Assembly: GCA_963663225.1 (NCBI GenBank) | Contig: OY760142.1 | Span: 2,112,001-2,176,000 of the forward strand | Length of the DNA stretch: 64,000 nt | Reading direction: 5' to 3' | DNA from: Nitrospirota bacterium | Lineage (GTDB): Bacteria > Nitrospirota > UBA9217 | Shown here: piece by piece, positions 31,223 to 39,555 of the stretch | How the letters are laid out: every line of letters starts with the position of its first letter | Position numbering within the stretch: the first letter of the stretch is position 1 | Translations under genes and position numbers: made by a program | The notes under the pieces: generated by a model | Databases searched by the model: none | What the model saw: the letters and a program-made list of their open reading frames with translations, nothing else | Told to the model about the DNA's origin: nothing

Positions 31223-32383
31223 ATGTTCCAGACCGCTGAACCAAAAGATATACTTGACGGCAGAATAACGGATGTTTACTTCGAGCGAACGCTTGCCGTT
31301 CTGAAGGCAAAAAAAATAAATCCCGTGGTGAAGGCGGAATTTATCGCCAAAAGTCTGCCGAACAATTGGCCGTGGGCATTGTTTACCGGAGTTGATGAAG
31401 CCATGAATCTGATGAAGCACCTCCGGATAAAAGTCAGGGCCATGCAGGAAGGGACGGTTTTTTATCCTTACGAACCGGTCCTGGAGATTGAAGGACGCTA
31501 TCAGGATTTCTGCGTGTATGAAACCGCGCTTCTCGGTTTTTTCTGCCAGGCATCGGGCGTAGCGACGCAAGCCGCCAGAATGAGAAAGCTCGCCCAGGAT
31601 CGTCTTGTCATGAGCTTCGGTGCGCGCAGAATGCACCCGATTCTGGCACCCATGATAGAACGAAACGCATTCGTGGGCGGATGCGACGGCGTGTCTGTGG
31701 TAAAGTCAGGCGAGGCCATCGGCGAAAATCCCATGGGGACCATGCCGCACGCGCTCATCTTATGCATGGGTTCCACCGTGGAGGCAATCAAAGCCTATGA
31801 CGAGGTTCTTGATCCAAAACTCAAGCGCGTTGCGCTTATCGATACTTTCCAGGACGAAAAATTCGAAGTGCTGAATGTGGCCAGGGCGCTCGGTGACAAA
31901 TTGTACGCCGTTCGGTTCGACACACCCGCGTCGAGACGGGGGAATTTTTACCGGATACTTGAAGAAGCGAGATGGGAACTTGACCTGCATGGATTTGGCC
32001 ATGTTAAGTTTTATGTCAGCGGCGGTATCACCGAGGAGGACATTCCTGTCCTGAATCCCGTTGTGCACGGGTATGGCATCGGCACGTCCATCAGCAACGC
32101 ACCTGTCATTGATTTCTCCATGGATATCGTGGAGATAGACGGCAAGCCGGCGGCGAAACGGGGAAAATGGTCAGGCAGTAAAAGCATGCTGGTGTGCGGC
32201 CAGTGTGGACTCCGAAAGATCGTGCCAAAAAGCACCGGCAAAGAAAAACCGTGTCCCTGCGGAGGTATCTTCAAGGAAATGCTGATGACAGTCTTTGAAG
32301 ATGGAGAACAGCTGCAGGAGCCGGAACCGCCCGCGAAAATTCGGGAAGGAGTGCTCTGGCAGATAAAAGGGCTTGCCTTGTAG
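31223..32383 (+). CDS. pncB: Nicotinate phosphoribosyltransferase
   Basis: TDVYF, SFGARR.HP, GTMPH, IDT, VRFDT, VSGG, AKRGK. Confidence 0.9.
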   Translation: MFQTAEPKDILDGRITDVYFERTLAVLKAKKINPVVKAEFIAKSLPNNWPWALFTGVDEAMNLMKHLRIKVRAMQEGTVFYPYEPVLEIEGRYQDFCVYETALLGFFCQASGVATQAARMRKLAQDRLVMSFGARRMHPILAPMIERNAFVGGCDGVSVVKSGEAIGENPMGTMPHALILCMGSTVEAIKAYDEVLDPKLKRVALIDTFQDEKFEVLNVARALGDKLYAVRFDTPASRRGNFYRILEEARWELDLHGFGHVKFYVSGGITEEDIPVLNPVVHGYGIGTSISNAPVIDFSMDIVEIDGKPAAKRGKWSGSKSMLVCGQCGLRKIVPKSTGKEKPCPCGGIFKEMLMTVFEDGEQLQEPEPPAKIREGVLWQIKGLAL

Positions 32384-32429
32384 GGAAACACGAAACACAG
32401 TTTTTCATGCACTATGGTTTTTCCTGTAG

Positions 32430-32479
32430 TTCAATCCCTGCGACACGGAAGTTCTCGACTCTCGCCAGGGGAGGAATGC
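32430..32479. repeat. Dispersed intergenic motif, copy A
   Basis: TTCAATCCCTGCGACACGGAA...GGGGAGGAATGC; 20/21 and 12/12 identical blocks with 51641..51689. Confidence 0.75.
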
Positions 32480-32663
32480 GGCAATTCGTGCCCTGCACTC
32501 GCGCTATCGCACTCGTTAGCGCTGGGTACAAGCGGGAAATCGCTTGCATTTCTTTACATTGGTAGCGTTTTATATTATCTTTTCCCGATCATTTTGCGCT
32601 GTGTGCTGATTCGTGCGCTGACATCCTAATCACACTACACCTGCGGTACCAGGGAGGCTTATT

Positions 32664-32972
32664 ATGAGAAAATATGCTCTGCTTGTTGCGTTGATTGTTC
32701 TGTGCTGCATGTTGACGGCGCCAACTGCTGCATTGTCCGCCGAACCGAAATATGAAATGAAATCGGAAGCGGTAATCAAAGATATTCTGAATGAAAATCT
32801 GAACAAACGGGTGACGGTCCGGCTGGAAACCGGCGAGAGCCTGGAAGGATTTGTGACCAAAGTGGGGGAGCACCTCGTGCATCTTTCAAAAATTACCGGC
32901 AGGGACTTTTTTGATGCCACGGTCCGCATCGAGAAAATCAGTTCGGTGATTTTCCGCGTGAGGGGCAATTGA
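32664..32972 (+). CDS. Small exported hypothetical protein, Sm/LSm-like pattern
   Basis: RBS GGAGG, signal peptide, 'NKRVTVRLETGESLEG.V' Sm1-like motif. Confidence 0.7.
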   Translation: MRKYALLVALIVLCCMLTAPTAALSAEPKYEMKSEAVIKDILNENLNKRVTVRLETGESLEGFVTKVGEHLVHLSKITGRDFFDATVRIEKISSVIFRVRGN

Positions 32973-33056
32973 ACTAATTGCATCATTTTGTCGCGGCGTA
33001 TATCGCCGGAACGAGATGAACCCCGCACGGATGGAATGCCGGGTCGATTTTTTATT

Positions 33057-33449
33057 ATGACCATACTGCAAGTAGCATGTGCAATTATCGAACAAAACGA
33101 TAGAATACTCTGCGCGCAGCGCAGCGAATCCATGAGCCTTCCCCTGAAATGGGAGTTCCCCGGAGGAAAGATGAGGAACGGGGAACTTCCTGAAGAATGT
33201 CTCAAACGGGAGCTTCTGGAAGAACTGGGAATCAATATTTCCGTGTGCCGTTCTCTTTCTCCGCTGACTCATCACTACCCGACATTTTCCGTCACTCTGC
33301 ATCCGTTTATTTGCAGGATCTCAGACGGAGAAATAACCCTGCATGAACACAAAGCCGTGGTCTGGCTGCCTGCGGAGCGGCTTTTTGAACTTGACTGGGC
33401 GGAAGCTGATGTTCCGCTTATAAAAAACTATAGAAACACAGTACGATGA
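33057..33449 (+). CDS. NUDIX hydrolase (MutT/NudG family)
   Basis: WEFPGGK..GE...CLKRELLEELG Nudix box; WAEAD. Confidence 0.88.
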   Translation: MTILQVACAIIEQNDRILCAQRSESMSLPLKWEFPGGKMRNGELPEECLKRELLEELGINISVCRSLSPLTHHYPTFSVTLHPFICRISDGEITLHEHKAVVWLPAERLFELDWAEADVPLIKNYRNTVR

Positions 33450-33560
33450 TCTTTCTACCAGAGTCCGCTTTTCCGTCTCGGAATATATTTCATCTTCGGC
33501 TGCACATGTCCAAAGCTTAAAAAAACGCAGCGTATTACCGGAAGATAGCGAAGGAGGTTT

Positions 33561-34313
33561 ATGAATATACCCCGGGAACAGTACCGTTATTTTCTCAAGG
33601 ACAGCGTCCGGCTTGCCATTGATTTCAGCCGGACCGACCAGAGCAGGGGAATACCGCCCCCTCCCGTGGAAAAACCGTTCGATCCGCGCGATAGCCGCAT
33701 ACATCTCACTCACCCGGGAGAGTGGAAAAAAATACGAGACGTCGGCCTTGTGTCTGCAATCAAAAACCGTAAAAGCCATCGGCAGTTCACTCTCGATCCT
33801 CTTTCTCTGGAAGAAGTGTCTTTTCTGCTCTGGGCGACGCAGGGTGTCCGGGAGAGAGCAGGCGTGTTTACGGCCTTCCGTACCGTGCCTTCGGCAGGCT
33901 GCCGCCATGCGCTCGAAACCTATCTGTGCGTGCAGAACGTGACGGGGCTGGAGACGGGAATCTATCGCTACCTTCCGCTGGAACATCAGCTTCTGACGGT
34001 GTCCTTGGACCAGGACCTGCCGATTAAAATAACAGCCGCCGCCCTGCACCAGCCCTTCGTCGGAAAAGCGGCGGTGACGTTTGTCTGGACGGCGGTGCCG
34101 TACCGCATGGAGTGGCGATATGACAATGCGGCCCATAAAGTCATCGCGCTGGATGCAGGCCACGTGTGCCAGAACCTTTATCTTTCGTGTGCGGCGATCA
34201 ACGCGGGGACCTGCGCGGTTGCGGCATACAATCAAGGGCTCATGGACGAACTGCTGGGTGTGGACGGGGAAGATGAATTCACGATTTACCTCGCGCCGGT
34301 GGGCAGGATTTGA
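33561..34313 (+). CDS. SagB/ThcOx-family nitroreductase-like dehydrogenase
   Basis: RKSHR, LLWATQG, RTVPSAG.RH.LETY, LDAGHVCQNLYL. Confidence 0.88.
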   Translation: MNIPREQYRYFLKDSVRLAIDFSRTDQSRGIPPPPVEKPFDPRDSRIHLTHPGEWKKIRDVGLVSAIKNRKSHRQFTLDPLSLEEVSFLLWATQGVRERAGVFTAFRTVPSAGCRHALETYLCVQNVTGLETGIYRYLPLEHQLLTVSLDQDLPIKITAAALHQPFVGKAAVTFVWTAVPYRMEWRYDNAAHKVIALDAGHVCQNLYLSCAAINAGTCAVAAYNQGLMDELLGVDGEDEFTIYLAPVGRI

Positions 34314-34375
34314 AATATGACTGTAACATCGTGTTATAATGATAATAAGGGGAATGCTCTTCCAGGGAGGAACAG

Positions 34376-35110
34376 ATGAAAAAACATGTTTATATACTCA
34401 TGGCGGTAATCGCGGTTTTCGTGCTCACGTCCTGCGAGACCAGATATGTGGCCAAACCGCTGCCGTTCAAACCGCCTTCAGCATATCCTAATTCCCAGGT
34501 CCTTGCCGGGGCGACAATCGCGGCGCGGGCATACACCGAAGCCGGGGAGGCCAAGGAAAATTTCGGGTTCGATATCATCAGCGCTGGCATGATTCCCGTA
34601 GAAATTGTCATCGACAATCGCGGGACGCATCCGATCGAAATCAATGCAACGCAAACATTTCTCGAAGACAAGAACAGCAACCTCTGGCCGATTCTTGCAA
34701 GAAACTACGCATATGAACGCGCCACCCGTTTCACGCAGACCCACGAAACATTCAAAGAGTCCGCATACTCAAGTTTTCTCGGTGCAGCCGCCGGCGCAGC
34801 AATCGGACTTGCGGTCGGCGTTCTGACAGGGCATAACATCGGTGAGGCGATAGGCAAGGGCGCGGTGGTCGGCGGCGTGGGCGGTGGCATTATCGGGGGA
34901 GCAAAAGGATACGGCAACGCCGATGAAGCGCGTCATGCCGTGATGGAAGACTTGCAGCAGAAGTCTCTTCAGGTAAGGTCCATTATGCCCAATGATCTGT
35001 CGTACGGGTTCATCTTTTTCCCGGGCGAAGCAAAGACAGCGAAGCAACTCAGACTGCAGATCATCGAGAGAGACACCGGAAAAACGCATACTCTTCTGAT
35101 CTCTCTGTAA
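34376..35110 (+). CDS. Lipoprotein with glycine zipper
   Basis: LTSC lipobox; GAAAGAAIG..G...GAVVGGVGGGIIGG. Confidence 0.78.
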   Translation: MKKHVYILMAVIAVFVLTSCETRYVAKPLPFKPPSAYPNSQVLAGATIAARAYTEAGEAKENFGFDIISAGMIPVEIVIDNRGTHPIEINATQTFLEDKNSNLWPILARNYAYERATRFTQTHETFKESAYSSFLGAAAGAAIGLAVGVLTGHNIGEAIGKGAVVGGVGGGIIGGAKGYGNADEARHAVMEDLQQKSLQVRSIMPNDLSYGFIFFPGEAKTAKQLRLQIIERDTGKTHTLLISL

Positions 35111-35200
35111 TCGGTTTCTGTGACTTGCCGTTGCTTTTGCCGGTGCAAAAGCAACGGTGTTATTGCTTGCAAAAAACAGCTTTAAGCGGCCTCCCGTCCA

Positions 35201-35232
35201 TTCAATCCCAGTGACAAAGAATCTCACGGCTC
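35201..35232. repeat. Degenerate partial copy (C) of the dispersed intergenic motif
   Basis: TTCAATCCCAGTGACAAAGAATCTCACGGCTC; 25/32 identical to 51641..51672. Confidence 0.45.
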
Positions 35233-35405
35233 CTAAATTTATTCTGAAATCATCCGAAAAGATTAACAGAAACTGCTGCAGGGCACCATAAAACTTTTGG
35301 ATTATTGCATTTATTTTTGCCGTCTGATTCAAAAGTATTGCCGATCCTGTTTTATTATGGTATTCTTGGCTGTATTTTCAAAAGCTTATCGAGGATAATC
35401 TGGTT

Positions 35406-36134
35406 ATGCTTGAATATTTCGATGCGGACATTGTGAATGCATGCAAAACACTGTTTGGCCGCGAAGCCAGCATTACCCGTGATTTTGTCCATGCCCTTGG
35501 GCATGATGACCTGAAATCCGCTTTCCGTAAAAAAGCCTTCGAGACTCACCCCGATCTGCACTCCGGCGGAGAAGACTATGTACGAAAACAGCAGTCGGAC
35601 CTGTTTATGGGAGTGCGGTCGGCCTATGACACCCTTGTAAAATTTTACGAAAAGCGCCAGAAACGTCTCCCTACAGGCGCAGCGTTTCAGACAGTGAGCA
35701 GGCCGTCGTACAGTACCGATTGGTGTGCCGCGGAAACAGTCCCGCCGCGACGGCTGGAAATCGGCGGATACCTTTATTATCGGGGGTGTATTCCCTATGC
35801 GGTGTTGATCAAGGCGCTGGCATGGCAGAAGCAGCAGCGGCCGTCTATCGGGGCTATCGCCAAGCAGTGGAACTGGCTGAGCGATGTGCAGATTAAGAGC
35901 ATTCTGTCGTTCCATGGACAGCCGCGTCTGTTTGGAGAACGCGCAGTACACCTGCAATTCCTGAATTCATTCAAAGTCAGGACCTTGCTTGCATTTCAGC
36001 GCAAGCAGCAGAAAAAGATCGGGCAGTATTTTGTGGAGAACGGTTTCCTTACAGAGCATAAAGTGGCGCAGATGGTTGAGGCACTGCAGAAGCACAATGC
36101 CCAGCTCAGCATGCCCACAACAAAAGGCGTATAG
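35406..36134 (+). CDS. J-domain protein with C-terminal MshEN-like repeats
   Basis: LKSAFRKKA..THPD J-domain; repeated (R/K)xxIG..(L/F)...G.(I/L) units. Confidence 0.78.
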   Translation: MLEYFDADIVNACKTLFGREASITRDFVHALGHDDLKSAFRKKAFETHPDLHSGGEDYVRKQQSDLFMGVRSAYDTLVKFYEKRQKRLPTGAAFQTVSRPSYSTDWCAAETVPPRRLEIGGYLYYRGCIPYAVLIKALAWQKQQRPSIGAIAKQWNWLSDVQIKSILSFHGQPRLFGERAVHLQFLNSFKVRTLLAFQRKQQKKIGQYFVENGFLTEHKVAQMVEALQKHNAQLSMPTTKGV

Positions 36135-36145
36135 GAGGCTTCGGC

Positions 36146-36355
36146 ATGAGCGACGAAATAACCTTTGTTGTAGAGCACTCCGTAGAAGGCGGATACGAAG
36201 CGCAAGCTATCGGCCACTCACTCAGCACGCATGCTGAGACGCTCGATAAGCTGAAAAAAATGGTGCAGGTGGCTGTTCTGTTTCATTTCGCGGATGATGT
36301 CCGTCCCCGGATCGTAAAACTGCATATGGTGCAGGAAGAGCTGTTCGCCGTTTAA
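36146..36355 (+). CDS. Small HicB-like (antitoxin-fold) protein
   Basis: RBS GGAGG; EITF.VE...EGGY.A.A....I.T.AET...LK..V..AV..HF pattern. Confidence 0.6.
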   Translation: MSDEITFVVEHSVEGGYEAQAIGHSLSTHAETLDKLKKMVQVAVLFHFADDVRPRIVKLHMVQEELFAV

Positions 36356-36402
36356 AAATTCAGACTGCAATGCTCATTGTGTTGCCGTGCCGTGACGCGC
36401 AT

Positions 36403-36435
36403 ACGGGCGGGCGGATTGATGTCCCGCCTGCCCGT
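36403..36435. terminator. GC-rich hairpin between convergent genes
   Basis: ACGGGCGGGCGG / CCGCCTGCCCGT stem. Confidence 0.55.
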
Positions 36436-36445
36436 TTCATTCTCA

Positions 36446-37249
36446 TCAGTTTTTTGAGTATCCCGGAGGATAGGGCGCGTACCTGTTTTCATCCCAAAGA
36501 CGATTCCCGAACTTTTGTCCGCACTGCACGATGCCTTTTCTGCACAGCACGTCCCGCCATTCATATTTGACAATAGTTTTTTGCATGGGTGTGCGCTCCG
36601 GGTCGAACTGTACCGTGATCACCGGCGAGTACTGTGCGTCGCCGAAGCCGGTGCCCGCACTCTCCTCAGCGAGGGCGCGGTCCGCATTCATTGATTTTTT
36701 TGCCGATGGCGCTCCCGCGGCTGATTTCTCACGTTGTTCCTCCTGAAAGACTTGTGGTTGTATTTTTTCCTTGTAGATAGCCGCGGCGATCACGCCCATG
36801 GCCGAGGAATCCGCGAAGGTTCTGACCGTGTAGGAGTCGGCAGTGTCCGTGAAATAGAACCGGTGGACCTGTTCCCGGCTGGTGCGCCAGCCGTTGTACT
36901 GCGCTGTTTCCCCGGCATTCACGATGTACATGTTTTCATTGGCGCCGAGATTCGATTGCTTGCCGCTGATGATGTTCCTGCCGTCCACGGCAATGACGAC
37001 TCCGATGCGTTCCGAGGTTTTATTGCGGATGATAATGCCGTACTGTTCTCCTTTGCGCGCTTCCAGATATTTTTTGAAGACATGCGTTCCGCCCTTCCAA
37101 AAGTCATCGTGCGGTATGGTTTGAAATACGGACCCCGCGTCCGACACGATTTCGATGCCGACCGCTTCCTTTGACGGTTGCTTGCCCATGGACAGGGCCG
37201 GTACTGCCGTCATAATCATGACCAGTGCTGCAAACAGTATTTTTTTCAT
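36446..37249 (-). CDS. Exported hypothetical protein
   Basis: Signal peptide, RBS GAGGAG; VDGRNIISG, GWR, GVIAAA, GTGFG motifs. Confidence 0.75.
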   Translation of the reverse strand: MKKILFAALVMIMTAVPALSMGKQPSKEAVGIEIVSDAGSVFQTIPHDDFWKGGTHVFKKYLEARKGEQYGIIIRNKTSERIGVVIAVDGRNIISGKQSNLGANENMYIVNAGETAQYNGWRTSREQVHRFYFTDTADSYTVRTFADSSAMGVIAAAIYKEKIQPQVFQEEQREKSAAGAPSAKKSMNADRALAEESAGTGFGDAQYSPVITVQFDPERTPMQKTIVKYEWRDVLCRKGIVQCGQKFGNRLWDENRYAPYPPGYSKN

Positions 37250-37419
37250 TGTTTTCTCCTCTCCGAGTCTCTGTATGCTGCAGGACAACGACCGTGTCGC
37301 TGCATGCTTTACCGGATTGGACAAGAGAAAAGGAAATTTGTTCCCGAAAAAATACGGACTGCGGAGAGCAACCAAGTTCTTTGCACGGGAGAATCAAGAG
37401 GCAGGAGCAGTGGAGCGGA

Positions 37420-39240
37420 TCAGTCTATCCGCTCCCTGTTTTTCGGACGTTTGTTGGATTCAAGAATTCTTTTGCGAAGCCGTATGTTCTGCGGGGTCAC
37501 TTCCACCAGCTCATCGTCCTTGATGAATTCCAGCGCCTGCTCAAGTGAAAGCTGGCGGGGAGGGACCAGCCGCAGCGCCTCGTCGGCGCCGGAAGCGCGC
37601 ATATTGGTCAGTTTCTTTTCCTTGACCACGTTTACATCGATGTCGTTCTCACGGGAGTTCTCGCCGATAATCATGCCTTCATACACAGGGGTGCCTTCCT
37701 TCAGGAAAAGCTCCCCGCGGGGCTGCAGATGGAACAGTGCATAGGTCGTGGTTTTCCCCGGACGGTCGGCAACGAGTGCGCCGGTGGTGCGCTTCGCGAT
37801 TGGCCCCTGCCACAGGTCGTAGCCGTCAAAGATGTGGTTCAATAGACCGGTGCCGCGCGTATCAGTCAGAAACTCAGACCGGAAACCGATGAGTCCGCGG
37901 GCGGGAATGCGGAATTCGAGCCGCACCCTGCCGTGGCCGTTGTTCGCCATCTTGGTCATGCGGCCCCTGCGGCTGCCGAGTTTCTGGGTGACCACGCCGA
38001 TGAATTCCTCGGGGCAGTCAATGACCAGGTTTTCCATGGGTTCGTACGTGCTGCCGTCCTGCTGCTTTGTTATGGTCTCGGGCTGGGACACCGAAAGCTC
38101 ATAGCCTTCACGGCGCATCATCTCGATCAGGATGGCGAGCTGCAGTTCCCCGCGTCCCATGACCTTGAAACTGTCGGTCGCTTCCTGGGGCTCCACCCTG
38201 ATCGCGACGTTGTACAGCAGTTCCTTCTCAAGCCGCTCCTTCAGGTGGCGTGACGTGACAAACTTTCCTTCCTTGCCAGCGAAGGGCGAATTGTTGATGG
38301 AAAACATCATCGAAATCGTCGGTTCGTCCACGGCTATGCGCGGCAACGGCTTCGGGTTCTCCGGGTCCGTGATAGTATCACCGATATTGACGCCTTCGAC
38401 GCCTGCCAGGGCAACAATATCGCCAACCGTGGCCCGGTCGGTGTCTTTTCTTTTGAGGCCCTGGAATTCGTACAGGGAGGTGATTTTTGTTTTCACCGTC
38501 TCGCCGGCCTGGTTCACGACGCCGATGATTTCCGCAACTTTCGCGGTGCCGGAGAATATCCTTCCGATTGCCAGCCTGCCCACATAGTCGTTGTAATCGA
38601 TGTTCGCGACCAGGAGCTGGAGGGGAGAATTTTCGTCGCCTTCCGGGACAGGAATGATTTTAACGATAAGATCGAACAGGGGCTGGAGGTCTCTTCCATC
38701 CTCTTCCATTTTCAGCTTGGCAATGCCGTCGCGTGCAATGGTGTATACGATGGGAAAGTCAAGCTGGTCGTCCGTAGCGTCGAGGTCGATGAACAAGTCG
38801 TAGACTTCATTCACGACTTCGGTAATTCGCGCATCAGGCCGGTCGATCTTGTTGATCACGAGGATGGGAGGCAGGCCGAGCTCCAGGGCTTTTTTGAGCA
38901 CGAACCGCGTCTGGGGAAGGGGGCCTTCCGAGGCGTCCACAAGCAGCAGCACGCCGTCTACCATTTTCAGGGTCCGCTCGACTTCTCCGCCGAAGTCGGC
39001 ATGGCCCGGCGTGTCCACGATATTGATTTTTACGCCGTTGTACGTGACTGCCGTGTTTTTCGCCATGATCGTGATGCCGCGCTCACGTTCGAGGTCGATG
39101 TTGTCCATGACCCGCTCCTGCACGCGCTCGTTGTCGCGGAATGTTCCGCTCTGGCGCAGCAGCGCGTCCACGAGCGTGGTTTTGCCGTGGTCGACATGGG
39201 CGATGATTGCGATATTTCGTAAATCGGTCCGTTTTACCAT
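37420..39240 (-). CDS. typA: Translational GTPase TypA/BipA
   Basis: [48 protein letters not shown]. Confidence 0.97.
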   Translation of the reverse strand: MVKRTDLRNIAIIAHVDHGKTTLVDALLRQSGTFRDNERVQERVMDNIDLERERGITIMAKNTAVTYNGVKINIVDTPGHADFGGEVERTLKMVDGVLLLVDASEGPLPQTRFVLKKALELGLPPILVINKIDRPDARITEVVNEVYDLFIDLDATDDQLDFPIVYTIARDGIAKLKMEEDGRDLQPLFDLIVKIIPVPEGDENSPLQLLVANIDYNDYVGRLAIGRIFSGTAKVAEIIGVVNQAGETVKTKITSLYEFQGLKRKDTDRATVGDIVALAGVEGVNIGDTITDPENPKPLPRIAVDEPTISMMFSINNSPFAGKEGKFVTSRHLKERLEKELLYNVAIRVEPQEATDSFKVMGRGELQLAILIEMMRREGYELSVSQPETITKQQDGSTYEPMENLVIDCPEEFIGVVTQKLGSRRGRMTKMANNGHGRVRLEFRIPARGLIGFRSEFLTDTRGTGLLNHIFDGYDLWQGPIAKRTTGALVADRPGKTTTYALFHLQPRGELFLKEGTPVYEGMIIGENSRENDIDVNVVKEKKLTNMRASGADEALRLVPPRQLSLEQALEFIKDDELVEVTPQNIRLRKRILESNKRPKNRERID

Positions 39241-39555
39241 GATAAATCGGTTCTCTCTTTCTTATTGTACCACTGAGCGAGGCGAGAAGGCAGGGAGTTT
39301 TTCCTGTCGCAGCGGCAAGAAGCCGTGACCTCTGTAAGGATTGGTTTTATACCACGCCAGAGCGGGTTTTGTCAATGCAATAATCTGTTTTTGATCCTTG
39401 TATGGTGCACGACCCCACATGGAAGGACTTTATCGAAATAGTTGACATTCGCGGGCAATTCTTTTACTCTGTCACACCGGAAGCGCCGAATGCCTGCTGC
39501 CGTAATTACATCCGGCTTCCCGGTCTCATCGCAAAACGAGATACTTCTTTTCATT

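Noticed and set aside
33561-34313. SagB-like gene as part of an azole RiPP cluster
   Set aside because: No YcaO, precursor peptide or transporter nearby; standalone members of this family are common
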